61,944 nt of DNA from an uncultured Spirochaetaceae bacterium (GTDB taxonomy: Bacteria; Spirochaetota; Spirochaetia; DSM-27196; PWMO01). A model generated the notes under the pieces. The model saw only the letters and a program-made list of their open reading frames with translations, did not search any database and was not told the DNA's origin. The stretch's first letter is position 1. Each line of letters begins with the position of its first letter. Positions 17,136-26,812 of the stretch are shown here, piece after piece. The position numbers were made by a program, and so were the translations under genes. Location: the NCBI GenBank assembly GCA_964413635.1, contig CAYPTH010000001.1, forward strand, positions 18,249 to 80,192, given 5' to 3'.

Positions 17136-18170
17136 GTGCGCGCACGTTACCGAATCAGCAAGGCCCTCACAAGCACCACCCGAACGGCCGCCGCTATCGC
17201 AATCGGGGTGTCGGTCCTTCTTCTCTCATCCTGCGCGACGGCGGAGCTTGAGCGGCTCGACGTCGCGCTTTCCGAAGCGCGCGCGGAGGTGAATGCGCTC
17301 TCCAGTCGCGTTGAAAAGCTCGAAAACCGAAACCGAGCGGCGAGGGAACGCGCCGCGACTCTCGAGAGAGAGCTCGAGCAAATGCAGGCACGTCTTTCGA
17401 CGGTCCTAGAGCTCACCGGAACCGAATCCCCGGAAGCGGCCGTTCAAGAGATAGAATCCCTCCTGCAAGAAGTCGAGTCCTTACGCGAGCTGATAGAGGA
17501 TCAAGCCTTCGCGCGGAGTCTCCTCGAAGCGCTTCCGGCGGCGCCGCGGAACGGTCCCGAAGCGGCTCCGTCGGACCCGCCGCCGGAGCCGGCGCGGCCC
17601 GAGGCGCCCGCGGAGTCGGCCGCGCCCGCCTCAGCGGGATTGGACCCACGCGTCCTCGCTGGATTCATCCAGGTGGATGAGATCCAAAGCACCTACATTG
17701 GAGAGGCAGATCCTCTACCCGAAGACCCGCGTCTCGCGGTAACGAGAGACACAAGCCGCCCGCGGATCTACCTCCCGCGGAGCCTTCGAGACCAAGAAAC
17801 GACAGTTGCGCCTGTGGTCTTCGACGGTGAGGACCCTCAACTGGCGATCATGGTCAAGGTCACCTATCCCGCCTCGGAAGCGCCGCTCTATCTCCAAAGT
17901 GTCGAGGTGACGGGCGCGGGCAATGCCGCTCAAGTCGCGCTACTCGAAGTGCGACGACAGACGACCGGTTCGCTCCGCATGGAAGAGGCAATCGTCACAA
18001 ACCCCGCTACCGTGCGTACCCTGACAACGCTGTTGATCGCCCACGACCCACCCCGCCTCGAGTTTCACGGCAACGCCAGATCGGTGCAAAAAAAGGCCCC
18101 GCAGGAGCTGCGGGGCGATGTGGCTGCCGTTGTCTACACCTTTCGCGCCCTCGGCGGTGAGGTGGATTAG
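17136..18170 (+). CDS. Coiled-coil lipoprotein, function unknown
   Basis: GTG start at 17136 chosen (an alternative ATG is at 17022). Lipobox-like VLLLSSC, then heptad-like ELERLDVALSEARAEVNALSSRVEKLENRN..., then a Pro/Ala/Glu linker and a ~170-aa C-domain. The 5-prime part of ORF 16611.. is antisense to parE and is rejected. Confidence 0.6.
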   Translation: MRARYRISKALTSTTRTAAAIAIGVSVLLLSSCATAELERLDVALSEARAEVNALSSRVEKLENRNRAARERAATLERELEQMQARLSTVLELTGTESPEAAVQEIESLLQEVESLRELIEDQAFARSLLEALPAAPRNGPEAAPSDPPPEPARPEAPAESAAPASAGLDPRVLAGFIQVDEIQSTYIGEADPLPEDPRLAVTRDTSRPRIYLPRSLRDQETTVAPVVFDGEDPQLAIMVKVTYPASEAPLYLQSVEVTGAGNAAQVALLEVRRQTTGSLRMEEAIVTNPATVRTLTTLLIAHDPPRLEFHGNARSVQKKAPQELRGDVAAVVYTFRALGGEVD

Positions 18171-18207
18171 ACCCCGAGGCGCCCGGCGGGCACCTCTTCT
18201 CGAGGTC

Positions 18208-20745
18208 CTATGCGCTCCCACTCGTCACCGGAAGCTGCTCTTGCTCTTTGTCTTTGTCTTTGTTTTTCTTCGACTGCTTGTTCCGGAAGCTAATCTTGCC
18301 GTTCCGCAAGGTCACTACCACGTGGCTCCCCTCGCCGAAGCGGCCGCGTAGCACCTCCATGGAGAGAGGATCCTCGATCTCCTTCTGGATGGTGCGGCGC
18401 AAGGGGCGCGCGCCAAACTTCACATCGAAGCCGCCATGGATAATGTGCTCCTTGGCGTTCTTCGTCACTTCGAGAACGATCTCCTTCTCGGCGAGGCGCT
18501 TCTGCACTTCTGCAAGAAGAATATCCAAGATGCGTCGCACCTCGCCTTCGGTAAGGCTGTGGAACACGACGGTTTCATCCACGCGGTTGAGGAACTCCGG
18601 CCTGAAGAGTCGGCGAAGCTCGTTCATCGCGCTGGACTTGATCTCCTTGTAGTCCATGAGCCCTTCGGCGGTCTGGAATCCGACCATGGACTCACGGGAG
18701 ATCTCCCGTGCACCGGCATTCGAGGTCATGATCATGACCGTATTCCGGAAGGACACGGTGTGTCCGAGGTTGTCCTGAAGCTGTCCCTCTTCGAGGACCT
18801 GCAGGAGAATGTTGAACACGTCCGGATGCGCCTTCTCGATCTCGTCCAAGAGAATGACGCTGTACGGCTTGCGTCGAATCTTTTCCGTGAGCAAGCCACC
18901 CTCGTCATAGCCGACGTAGCCCGGGGGCGCACCAACGAGTCTGGATACGTTGTGCTTCTCCATGAAATCCGACATGTCGATGCGGAGAAGCGCATCTTCG
19001 CTGCCGAAGAGAAACTCCGCCAAGGTCTTGGCGAGGAGCGACTTTCCAACGCCCGTGGGCCCGAGAAAGATAAAGGAACCCATTGGCCGGGCGGTTGAGC
19101 TCAGGCCGGTACGGGAGCGACGAATTGCCGAGGACACCGCCTGAATGGCCTGATCCTGCCCAATAACTTTCTTGTGGAGCTCCTTCTCGATATGCAGGAG
19201 CTTCTCCTGCTCGCTCTGTGCCAGCCGTGCCAGTGGAATACCCGTTATGTCTGAAAGCACGTGCTGAATGTCATCGGAATCGACCACATTCTGCTCCGTC
19301 TTCAGCGTGACCTTCCACTCGTTCTTCAGCTCCTCGACCTTCGTCTTGAGCTGTCGAACCTGGTCGCGAACGGCGGCGGCGCGCTCATAGTTCTGGGAGT
19401 TGACCAGAGAGAGTTTCTCCTGGTTGAGCTCCTCAATCTGTCGCTCGAGCTCGGCGAGCTCGGTTGGTCGCACGCTGTTGTGAATGCGCTTGCGCGAGCC
19501 GGCTTCATCGATCAAGTCGATAGCCTTGTCCGGCAGATATCGATCAGTGACGTAGCGGTTCGACAGCAGTGCCGCCACCTCGAGAGCGCCGGGGGTGTAG
19601 GTCACGTTGTGATGTTCCTCGTAGCTCTCCCGGATTCCCTTCAGGATCTCGATGGTCTCTTCTACCGCAGGCTCATCAACAAAGATGGTCTGAAAGCGGC
19701 GCTCGAGGGCCGCGTCCTTCTCAATGTACTTCTTGTACTCGTTGAGGGTCGTCGCACCAATGCACTGAATCTCGCCACGGGAGAGGGCGGGTTTCAGCAT
19801 GTTGGACGCATCAATTGCGCCCTCCGCACCGCCGGCGCCAATGATGGTATGGAGCTCGTCGATGAAGAGGACGACGTTCCCCGCGTTTATGATCTCCTTC
19901 ATGACGCGCTTCAAGCGCTCTTCGAACTCGCCGCGGTACTTGGTTCCGGCAATGAGCGATGCCAGATCGAGCGTAAGAACGCGCTTCCCGATCAGAACCT
20001 CCGGCGCCGTATTGTCGACGATCTTCTGGGCTAGACCTTCTACAATTGCAGTCTTTCCGACCCCTGGCTCTCCAATGAGAACGGGGTTGTTCTTCGTGCG
20101 TCGTGCAAGGATCTGAATGACACGATCGATCTCCTTCTGTCGCCCCACAACCGCATCTAGCTTCGTCTCACGAGCTTGTTGGGTGAGATCGCGGGCGAAT
20201 TCGTCCAGGGTGGGCGTCGTCTTCTTCGATGTTTGCGATCCCTGTCCGCTCTTGCGCTTCTGCTGAGGCAGTCGAGGCGCGCCTTGGCCGCCGCTTGCGC
20301 TCGCGCTCGTACCACTCAGCTCGCTGATGACCTCGCGAAGCGTATCAATGGTGATGTTGTTCTGCTGCAGAAACTTGGCGGTTTCGCCGTCATCCTCTCG
20401 CAGGCAGGCAAGCAGGAGATGCTCCGTGCCAATGTATTCGTGGCCGAGATTCCTGGCTTCCTCGGCCGAGTCTTCGAGGACCTTCTTGCCCCGTGGAGAC
20501 GGAGGCACGTCTCCGAGGATGAAACCTCCCCGTTTCTTTGGTATGGCTTTCTCGATCTCGAGCTGCATCTTGGCGGGGTCAATCATGACCTTTTCAAGGG
20601 CTTTATAGCCGAGACCGCCCCCCTCCTTCAGGAGGGCGAGCACAATGTGCTCCGGAAGAAGCTGATCCGAGTGAAACCGTTTCGCTTCGTCCTGAGCCAG
20701 GACCGTTAATACTTTCTGTGCTCGCTGGGTAAGTCCCTTGAACAT
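18208..20745 (-). CDS. clpC: ATP-dependent Clp protease ATP-binding subunit ClpC
   Basis: Two Clp_N repeats, Walker [16 protein letters not shown] and [15 protein letters not shown], and a UVR-like middle domain ([17 protein letters not shown]). The unusual Lys/Asp/Glu-rich tail is [15 protein letters not shown]. Confidence 0.92.
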   Translation of the reverse strand: MFKGLTQRAQKVLTVLAQDEAKRFHSDQLLPEHIVLALLKEGGGLGYKALEKVMIDPAKMQLEIEKAIPKKRGGFILGDVPPSPRGKKVLEDSAEEARNLGHEYIGTEHLLLACLREDDGETAKFLQQNNITIDTLREVISELSGTSASASGGQGAPRLPQQKRKSGQGSQTSKKTTPTLDEFARDLTQQARETKLDAVVGRQKEIDRVIQILARRTKNNPVLIGEPGVGKTAIVEGLAQKIVDNTAPEVLIGKRVLTLDLASLIAGTKYRGEFEERLKRVMKEIINAGNVVLFIDELHTIIGAGGAEGAIDASNMLKPALSRGEIQCIGATTLNEYKKYIEKDAALERRFQTIFVDEPAVEETIEILKGIRESYEEHHNVTYTPGALEVAALLSNRYVTDRYLPDKAIDLIDEAGSRKRIHNSVRPTELAELERQIEELNQEKLSLVNSQNYERAAAVRDQVRQLKTKVEELKNEWKVTLKTEQNVVDSDDIQHVLSDITGIPLARLAQSEQEKLLHIEKELHKKVIGQDQAIQAVSSAIRRSRTGLSSTARPMGSFIFLGPTGVGKSLLAKTLAEFLFGSEDALLRIDMSDFMEKHNVSRLVGAPPGYVGYDEGGLLTEKIRRKPYSVILLDEIEKAHPDVFNILLQVLEEGQLQDNLGHTVSFRNTVMIMTSNAGAREISRESMVGFQTAEGLMDYKEIKSSAMNELRRLFRPEFLNRVDETVVFHSLTEGEVRRILDILLAEVQKRLAEKEIVLEVTKNAKEHIIHGGFDVKFGARPLRRTIQKEIEDPLSMEVLRGRFGEGSHVVVTLRNGKISFRNKQSKKNKDKDKEQEQLPVTSGSA

Positions 20746-20761
20746 GCATTTTCCTCCCGAG

Positions 20762-21820
20762 TCAACGAATTGACTCCAGTTGTTGTCTCAATAGTAGCGC
20801 CCGCCGCTCGTTTACCGTACTTCCTTTTCCACCTTTTCGACCGCCACTTCGACCGTGAGCAATCAGGGAGGGTTGCGATAAAAAGAACAACGATGTGATC
20901 TGCGGCAGACTCGGCGACTCGATCATCCCGGTTATTGCCGCGAGGCGAAGGCGAGAAACCAAATGAACCGCCTCTTCGCCACCTATCGCGCCGGTGTTCT
21001 TGAGGAACCCGATCGCCTCATCGATATTGCGGCGAATCTCGTCGCCTTGGGTCTCGAGAAGCGTATCTCGTGCCTCACGCTCATAATGTACCAACGCGGA
21101 AATGGGGGCTTCAAGTTTTTCGATCAGCTCGCTCTCGGCGTTGCCCAATGCGTGAGCGTTGCTCAGTAGCATCAAATCCCCCAGCGAAACACGACTACTC
21201 GCCGGAAAAATCTCGTACTTCACACCCTCGGCGTCAACAGTGTTGAACGCCTCTCCAAGCCCTCCCGTTTCCGCAAGGGCGGGCAGATGCAGCAGGGTGG
21301 TCGCGCGTAAACCCGTCCCCACATCCCGCATATCGGCAGTGAAGTAGCCCATCCGTAGCGAAACCGAGAAGACCATCTCCGAATCCAACACCTGCTCCAG
21401 CTCAGATACCCGCGTATAGAGGCGCTGCAGAGCCAGGCCGGGGGCAAGGCCCACAATGCGAATGTGATCCGTAGCGTTTACGTGAACCCGGAGCTCCCTG
21501 TCCTCGTTGAGATACAGGGTGTCACCACGTTCTTCCTCGGAGGCGTCAACCGCATTGGACTCAACGAGCATGCGCAACTGCTCTTCGGATAGCCGGTGCA
21601 CATCAATCCGGGTGAACCGCGCGTCCTGGTCATCGAGAATGCGACGGACCTCCTTCTCCACCCTGTTTCGCGCGTGGGCGTTCATGGAGCGCGGGAAGGG
21701 ATACTCCTCGATATTGCGAGCCAGACGCACCCGAGAGGAAATAACCACATCGCTCTCGGGCCCTTCCCCGGCGTACCAGTCGGGCAGCTTGAAAAGGTTC
21801 GAGTCAATCACGGAAGACAC
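20762..21820 (-). CDS. mcsB: Protein arginine kinase McsB (ATP:guanido phosphotransferase)
   Basis: VVISSRVRLARNIEEYPFP, then ...DHIRIV... and ...GTGLRATTLLHLPAL, characteristic of McsB. It sits directly between the mcsA-like gene and clpC. Confidence 0.85.
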   Translation of the reverse strand: MSSVIDSNLFKLPDWYAGEGPESDVVISSRVRLARNIEEYPFPRSMNAHARNRVEKEVRRILDDQDARFTRIDVHRLSEEQLRMLVESNAVDASEEERGDTLYLNEDRELRVHVNATDHIRIVGLAPGLALQRLYTRVSELEQVLDSEMVFSVSLRMGYFTADMRDVGTGLRATTLLHLPALAETGGLGEAFNTVDAEGVKYEIFPASSRVSLGDLMLLSNAHALGNAESELIEKLEAPISALVHYEREARDTLLETQGDEIRRNIDEAIGFLKNTGAIGGEEAVHLVSRLRLAAITGMIESPSLPQITSLFFLSQPSLIAHGRSGGRKGGKGSTVNERRALLLRQQLESIR

Positions 21821-22315
21821 TCACTCCTCGACACTCCAATGGAGCTCGTCCCGGTGCCGAATCTCATCGCGGATCCCGGCGGCGGCTTCGTAGTCCTCGT
21901 GCTCCAGGGCGCTGTTCAAGCGATCTCTCAGTCGCTCCCGTTCCAGGTAGGTCCACCGGAGCGGCTCCAAGCGCTTCGGCAGCGCCCCGAGGTGCCCGAC
22001 GGCCACGACACCCTCTCCGAGGATTGCGTTGAGCTCCCGGTGAAAGGTGACGTAGCAACTCGGGCACCCTACCCGCCCCGTCTTCCGGAGCTCCATGAGC
22101 GTTGTTCCGCAATCGGGGCAGGCGTCGTCCTGCCGTTGGGTGAATAGCTGGGAAAAGAGGTCGCGGTACCGAGGCTTCACGGCGGGCTTTCCAGACACCA
22201 CCCCGAGCTCGGCGGCGCAGGCCTCGCAGAGCCAGTAGCGGCGGACCTGGCTTCCCCAACGCTGGTCGAGTCGAATGGTTCCGCTATCACTACCGCAGCG
22301 ACTGCACACGTACAT
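21821..22315 (-). CDS. mcsA: McsA-like activator (four CxxC zinc-finger pairs + UVR motif)
   Basis: Start ATG at 22315 with GGGAGG RBS. Cys pairs: CSRC, CEAC, CPDC, CPSC. The C-terminal LEHEDYEAAAGIRDEI is a UvrB/C motif. The stop abuts the mcsB start. Confidence 0.75.
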   Translation of the reverse strand: MYVCSRCGSDSGTIRLDQRWGSQVRRYWLCEACAAELGVVSGKPAVKPRYRDLFSQLFTQRQDDACPDCGTTLMELRKTGRVGCPSCYVTFHRELNAILGEGVVAVGHLGALPKRLEPLRWTYLERERLRDRLNSALEHEDYEAAAGIRDEIRHRDELHWSVEE

Positions 22316-22389
22316 GCGAGACCTCCCTATCAGATTGTAGTCGGTACCAAGACGGATGTGATGTCCGATTGAATCCAGCTCTCGATCAG

Positions 22390-22418
22390 AATATAGCATC
22401 GCACCCGACAGGCGGCAA
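22390..22418 (-). promoter_or_regulatory. Candidate sigma70-type promoter for mcsA-mcsB-clpC
   Basis: The minus strand reads TTGCCG-N17-TATATT, about 75 nt upstream of the mcsA start, in the only sizeable gap (120 nt) of the gene string. Confidence 0.4.
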
Positions 22419-22435
22419 TGATCGCAGCGCCGTGA

Positions 22436-23773
22436 TCAGTGACGCCGCATGACCTCGAGAGGCTTGAGCCGCGCCGCCCGGCGAGCCGGAATAACCGCGG
22501 CCAAAATGGCCAAAACAACGGCGAAGGCCCAGACCGCGAGAAGCTGCCCCCCGCTGAGGGAAATCGGAATTGTCTCCAGGTAGAAATCGCGAGGCAAAAT
22601 ATCGACGGGCCGCACCGTCCCGTCGATAAACGGGGAGGCAACCCACAGGCCAATGCGCTGCACCGCCGATCCAAACCACTCGAGGGCCGTGAGCAGCTCA
22701 TTGATGTTCACCACAAGAACAACACCGACGGCGAGGCCGAAGGTCGCACCTATCCCCCCGGCGATGAAGCCGGCATAGAGAAATGCGTTGCGTACCCACC
22801 GTGGCTGCGCCCCGGTCGCCTTGAGAATGGCAATCTCGGACTGCTTCTCGAGGACGACGACCACCAAGCTCGAGGAAACGTTCACGACGGCGACTACGAC
22901 AATGAGTGCCATGATGAAACCCAGGAGGTTCTTGGTTGTGCGGAAGGAAACGTAGCGCGACTCTTCGAGCTCGTACCACGAGACGGTACGCCAGTCACTG
23001 CCGAGGGCGTCGCGAATCCGGCCGCGGAGGAGCCGCGATTCCTCGCTTCCATTCGGGGCGGTAAGGGGGTTCTGGAGATCGTAGGGAGCATCGATCTTGA
23101 TGCCGACCAGATCACGTGAAGAGCTCTCCGGCAGGATCGCCCGGCCGTCGCGGTGGGAGATGAAGATCCAGAGGCGATCGAGCTCCTGATAGCCGACGGA
23201 TGCGATCCCCCGAACCGTAAAGCGAGAGACGCGGGGAATGACGCGCTCGCCGACGCGTCCGCGTACCGTCAGGAGTCGCAGAGTATCTCCAACGGCCACA
23301 CCCAAGCGATCCGCTACGGCGCGTCCCACCACGGCGCCTCGCTCGCCGGAAAGATCAAACGCCCCCGCCTCCGTTGAGAAGTATCGCGAGAAGCCCTCGT
23401 CCCGACCGTACATGCCGGCGTCCACGGCCCGGACGCTCACCCCCAAGCGACCGGCGCCGGTGGAGGCAAGCGCGATCCCCTGCCGCTCCGGCCAGGCGTG
23501 CACGACGCCGGGAATGGCTCGAAGCCCCTCGGCGAGGGCTTGCGAATCCGCCTCGCCGGACCCGACGTGAATTGCCTGCAGGTGGTAGGTCGATGTCTCG
23601 AGAAAGCGGTCGGTTATGCCGCGGATCATGCCGTCGGAGACCTCGAGGACCAGAACAAGAGGCACGAGACTCAGCCCAATGCCCCAGACCGCGGAGCGGA
23701 TCCGCGAGGAGCTCGCGTGTCTCGGGCCAAAGAGATAGCGTAGCGCCAGGAAGAGGGCGGCTGCGCGATTCAT
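22436..23773 (-). CDS. ABC transporter permease, LolC/LolE (FtsX-like) family
   Basis: MacB/FtsX topology: TM1, a large periplasmic domain, and three C-terminal TMs (...ILKATGAQPRWVRNAFLYAGF...). Overlaps the ATPase gene by 4 nt. Confidence 0.85.
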   Translation of the reverse strand: MNRAAALFLALRYLFGPRHASSSRIRSAVWGIGLSLVPLVLVLEVSDGMIRGITDRFLETSTYHLQAIHVGSGEADSQALAEGLRAIPGVVHAWPERQGIALASTGAGRLGVSVRAVDAGMYGRDEGFSRYFSTEAGAFDLSGERGAVVGRAVADRLGVAVGDTLRLLTVRGRVGERVIPRVSRFTVRGIASVGYQELDRLWIFISHRDGRAILPESSSRDLVGIKIDAPYDLQNPLTAPNGSEESRLLRGRIRDALGSDWRTVSWYELEESRYVSFRTTKNLLGFIMALIVVVAVVNVSSSLVVVVLEKQSEIAILKATGAQPRWVRNAFLYAGFIAGGIGATFGLAVGVVLVVNINELLTALEWFGSAVQRIGLWVASPFIDGTVRPVDILPRDFYLETIPISLSGGQLLAVWAFAVVLAILAAVIPARRAARLKPLEVMRRH

Positions 23774-24450
23774 ACGCTGTGGAGAACCCCGTGCTCGAGT
23801 TTGAACTGCCGGTCGCCGCGAGCGGCGAGACGGGTGTCGTGGGTTACAAGGATAAGGGTCGTTCCGACGGTTCGTACCAAGTCAAAGAGCATGCCCTCGA
23901 CCTCGGCGGAGTGGTGCTCATCGAGATTCCCCGTGGGCTCGTCCGCGAGGATCAGTTGCGGGTCGTTCACCAGCGCACGGGCGACGGCAACGCGCTGCCG
24001 TTCGCCGCCGGATAGCTGGGCGGGAAAGTGACCCCGACGTGGAGCAAGGCCCACCTTCTCGAGAAGCTCGTCGGCACGCCGCAGCGCGGCGCCCCGTGCC
24101 GTGCCGGCCATGAAGGCGGGAAGCATGACGTTTTCCTGGGCGTTGAAGTCCTTCAGGAGGAAGTGGAACTGAAACACGAGCCCCAGCACGCTACTGCGGT
24201 ACTTGGTGAGCTGTCCCTCGGAGAGGGCCTCCACCTGATACCCACCGGCCAGGACGGTGCCGGCTGTCGGAAGCTCCAAGCCGCCGAGAATGTTGAGCAG
24301 CGTACTCTTCCCGGATCCGCTCTCCCCGGATATCGTCACGACTTCCCCGGAGCTCACCGTCAGATTCACGTCGGAGAGCACCACCACCTCTTCCTCGCCG
24401 CTTCGAAAGCGCTTTGCCACATGTTGTACATCTACAATCGCATTGCTCAT
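23770..24450 (-). CDS. ABC transporter ATP-binding protein, LolD-like
   Basis: GESGSGKST, LSGGERQRVAVARAL, LADEPTGNLD. Confidence 0.9.
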   Translation of the reverse strand: MSNAIVDVQHVAKRFRSGEEEVVVLSDVNLTVSSGEVVTISGESGSGKSTLLNILGGLELPTAGTVLAGGYQVEALSEGQLTKYRSSVLGLVFQFHFLLKDFNAQENVMLPAFMAGTARGAALRRADELLEKVGLAPRRGHFPAQLSGGERQRVAVARALVNDPQLILADEPTGNLDEHHSAEVEGMLFDLVRTVGTTLILVTHDTRLAARGDRQFKLEHGVLHSV

Positions 24451-25721
24451 TCGTTTCGCAAGACCTCCGCCGGCCGAATCCGAGAAACCCGCGTCGACGC
24501 CAGAAGTGCCGCGGCGCTTGCGCAGGCAAGGGCAAAGAGAAAAATGCCGATGATTTCGCCCACCACGATCTCGGCGGGAACTTCAGTGATGTAGAAATAG
24601 CGCGGTGAAAAGAGGGTAAAACCGGAGCTGGTCACCGTCCCGACCATCCGAGAGACCAGAGACAACACCCCGTTCACGAAGATTTCCGCGAGACGGAAGA
24701 TTCCGTTGACGTTGGTTGCAATCAACAGGCCGAGAGCAACACCGAGAACGCCCCCAACCAGACCAATGATCACCCCCTCGCCAATGAAGATGAGCTGTAT
24801 ACTCCGCGGAGGCGCGCCGAGCGCCTTGAGAATGGAGATCTCTTCGGCTCGCTCCACGACGCTTCGACGCAGCGATTGGAGCATGTTTCCCGCTACCACC
24901 AGAAAGATCAAGCCGATGAGCATGGTCATGAGGTTCTTCTCCAAGCGCAGCGCTCCGAAAATCGACCGATTGTAACTCCTCCAGGATGTGACCTTCGCAT
25001 CCCCACCGAGAGCCTGCTGCAAACGTGCCGCCACCACGGCATCGTTGTAGCGGTCGTGGAGCTTCACTCCGACGGTTGGCCGTCGCTGTGACCCAAGGGT
25101 ATCCGAGGCGGTGTCCAGGCTCACGAAGGCCCAGCCTCGATCGAAGTCCAAGTACCCGGAACGGAAGGAGCCGGTAACGGTGAGCTCGACGGTGGTCCCG
25201 CTTGCCAGATCGTCCCCTTCGAGGCTTATGAGCTCCACTGTGTCTCCCGGCGAGACGCCGAGCCCCCGTGCGAGCTCGTTACCGACGACAATGGAACGCT
25301 CGCTCTCGAGATCAAAGACGCCGGCCACCATGTCGAATGCGTTTCGGAATTCCGCGTCGTGACGCCCCACATCATTTGGGAGTGCACGCACGCGGATTGC
25401 CTGAAGATCGCGAAAGAAGCCGGTAGCAAGCACTTCCACGTCGAGGAAGGGAATGGCCGCCGCGACCCCCGCAGTTTGCCTGATCGTGGACGGCGCCGTG
25501 GACGGCGCCGTGGCCGGCTCGACTCGCAGGTGATAGGAGTCGATCTCCAAGATGTCCTCTATTGTCCCGAGCTGGAACCCATTCATTACGGACAGCACGG
25601 CAACGAGTGTCATGGCGCCGGCGGCGATACCAAGAACGGCAAAGATGGTTGTCGCGTTGCCCTTTTCCCGGCGGCGCGTCCGCACGTGTCTGCGAGCAAC
25701 AAAGAGGACCCAGCGTCGCAC
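24447..25721 (-). CDS. ABC transporter permease, LolC/LolE (FtsX-like) family
   Basis: GTG start at 25721. Same architecture as 22436..23773 (...ILKALGAPPRSIQLIFIGEG...). Confidence 0.85.
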   Translation of the reverse strand: MRRWVLFVARRHVRTRRREKGNATTIFAVLGIAAGAMTLVAVLSVMNGFQLGTIEDILEIDSYHLRVEPATAPSTAPSTIRQTAGVAAAIPFLDVEVLATGFFRDLQAIRVRALPNDVGRHDAEFRNAFDMVAGVFDLESERSIVVGNELARGLGVSPGDTVELISLEGDDLASGTTVELTVTGSFRSGYLDFDRGWAFVSLDTASDTLGSQRRPTVGVKLHDRYNDAVVAARLQQALGGDAKVTSWRSYNRSIFGALRLEKNLMTMLIGLIFLVVAGNMLQSLRRSVVERAEEISILKALGAPPRSIQLIFIGEGVIIGLVGGVLGVALGLLIATNVNGIFRLAEIFVNGVLSLVSRMVGTVTSSGFTLFSPRYFYITEVPAEIVVGEIIGIFLFALACASAAALLASTRVSRIRPAEVLRNE

Positions 25722-26812
25722 TAGTCGAGCTCCCGCGTTTCAACTACCGTGCCGTTCCGGATAATCTCTTCTCGGACGGCCGTTCCGCCCTCGTAGTAGA
25801 TACGGACAAAGACCTCTCCGTCTCGGTAGCGACGCTCGACGCGACTCCGTTCACCGGAGTACGCAATGCTTCGGGAAAGCTCGCCGTTCACGTACACCCG
25901 TTCCTCCGCCAACGTCTCGTCCACATAGGAGAAGGTATGCCGCTCCACGCGGCCGCGGGTCCGGACGATGCGTTCCCGCTTGCCCTCGGGGCCATAGCTG
26001 GTTTCGACTTCACGGACCAAACGGTCGTCCTCATAGACGAGCTCTTCAATGACACGACCTTCTCCGTCGTAGCGCTTCTCGCGGCGCTGCTCTTGCCGGG
26101 GCAGGGTCTCCACCGACTGTGTTGGGGTCCGGCTGTCGCCTTCGTAGCTGAGGCGCTCCTCTCGTACGACGGTATCGCCGCTCCATTCACGCTCGTACAC
26201 CGCGCGCTGCGCCTCATCGTAGCGAACCAGTCGTCCACCGCTGTCGGATTCAAAGCGCTCCTGAAGGACGTTCCCATTGACGACACTGTAACGCACAACT
26301 CGTTCATCACCATCCGCCCAGACTCGTTGCAATCGCCGCAGACCGGCCGACGGATAGTAGAACATGGCGTCCGTGTAGCGCTCATTGCCCTCGGGGCCGA
26401 GAACCCTCCGCTGCGCGAGCTTGCCATCTTCATACTCGTACCGAAGCTCACGGAGCAGTTCACCGTCTTCGTCGTACTCCCGCCGATAGGAGCGAAGCCC
26501 ATCGTCGGTGAATCCCTCCTCTCGCGCAAGCGTCCCGGATTCGAAGACGCGCTCGACGCGGAGGGCTCCGGAAGCGCCGCGCTCCTGCACGACGCGTTGG
26601 ATCACCTCGCCGTCTCGGTAGAGGCGGCGTTCGACCCGGCCGTCCTCTTCGCTTACGCGGAGGGCGTAGCCCTCGGTGGGGATCTCGGAGACAGCCAACT
26701 CCTCGAGCTCCATACCCAAGACGTTGGAACGGTAGACGGCTTGCCCCGACACGGCGGCGGGGATCACGAGACCCCACACTCCGAGGAGCAGGGCAAGACC
26801 GAAGCCCTTCAT
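25721..26812 (-). CDS. Secreted repeat protein (MORN-variant/YwqK-like short repeats)
   Basis: Signal peptide MKGFGLALLLGVWGLVIPAAVSG. Many degenerate ~20-25-aa repeats of the form E/R-x-Y-x-D-G-E-L/V (RLYRDGEVI, REYDEDGELL, YEYEDGKLA, KRYDGEGRVI, RRYRDGEVF). Confidence 0.6.
   Translation of the reverse strand: MKGFGLALLLGVWGLVIPAAVSGQAVYRSNVLGMELEELAVSEIPTEGYALRVSEEDGRVERRLYRDGEVIQRVVQERGASGALRVERVFESGTLAREEGFTDDGLRSYRREYDEDGELLRELRYEYEDGKLAQRRVLGPEGNERYTDAMFYYPSAGLRRLQRVWADGDERVVRYSVVNGNVLQERFESDSGGRLVRYDEAQRAVYEREWSGDTVVREERLSYEGDSRTPTQSVETLPRQEQRREKRYDGEGRVIEELVYEDDRLVREVETSYGPEGKRERIVRTRGRVERHTFSYVDETLAEERVYVNGELSRSIAYSGERSRVERRYRDGEVFVRIYYEGGTAVREEIIRNGTVVETRELD

Noticed and set aside
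18176-18196. The hairpin GAGGcGCCCGgCGGGCaCCTC between the lipoprotein gene and clpC as a bidirectional terminator. The similar GCGCCG-cagc-CGGCGC at 46955-46970 was considered in the same way.
   Set aside because: The stems are imperfect or short, with tiny loops and no T/A-tracts on either side. They are plausible, but too weak to list as features.
22316-22435. A CtsR operator (tandem GGTCAAA heptads) or a CIRCE element upstream of mcsA.
   Set aside because: I scanned both strands of the 120-nt gap by eye. The closest stretch (GGATTCAATCGGACATCA) matches too poorly, and no TTAGCACTC-N9-GAGTGCTAA is present.
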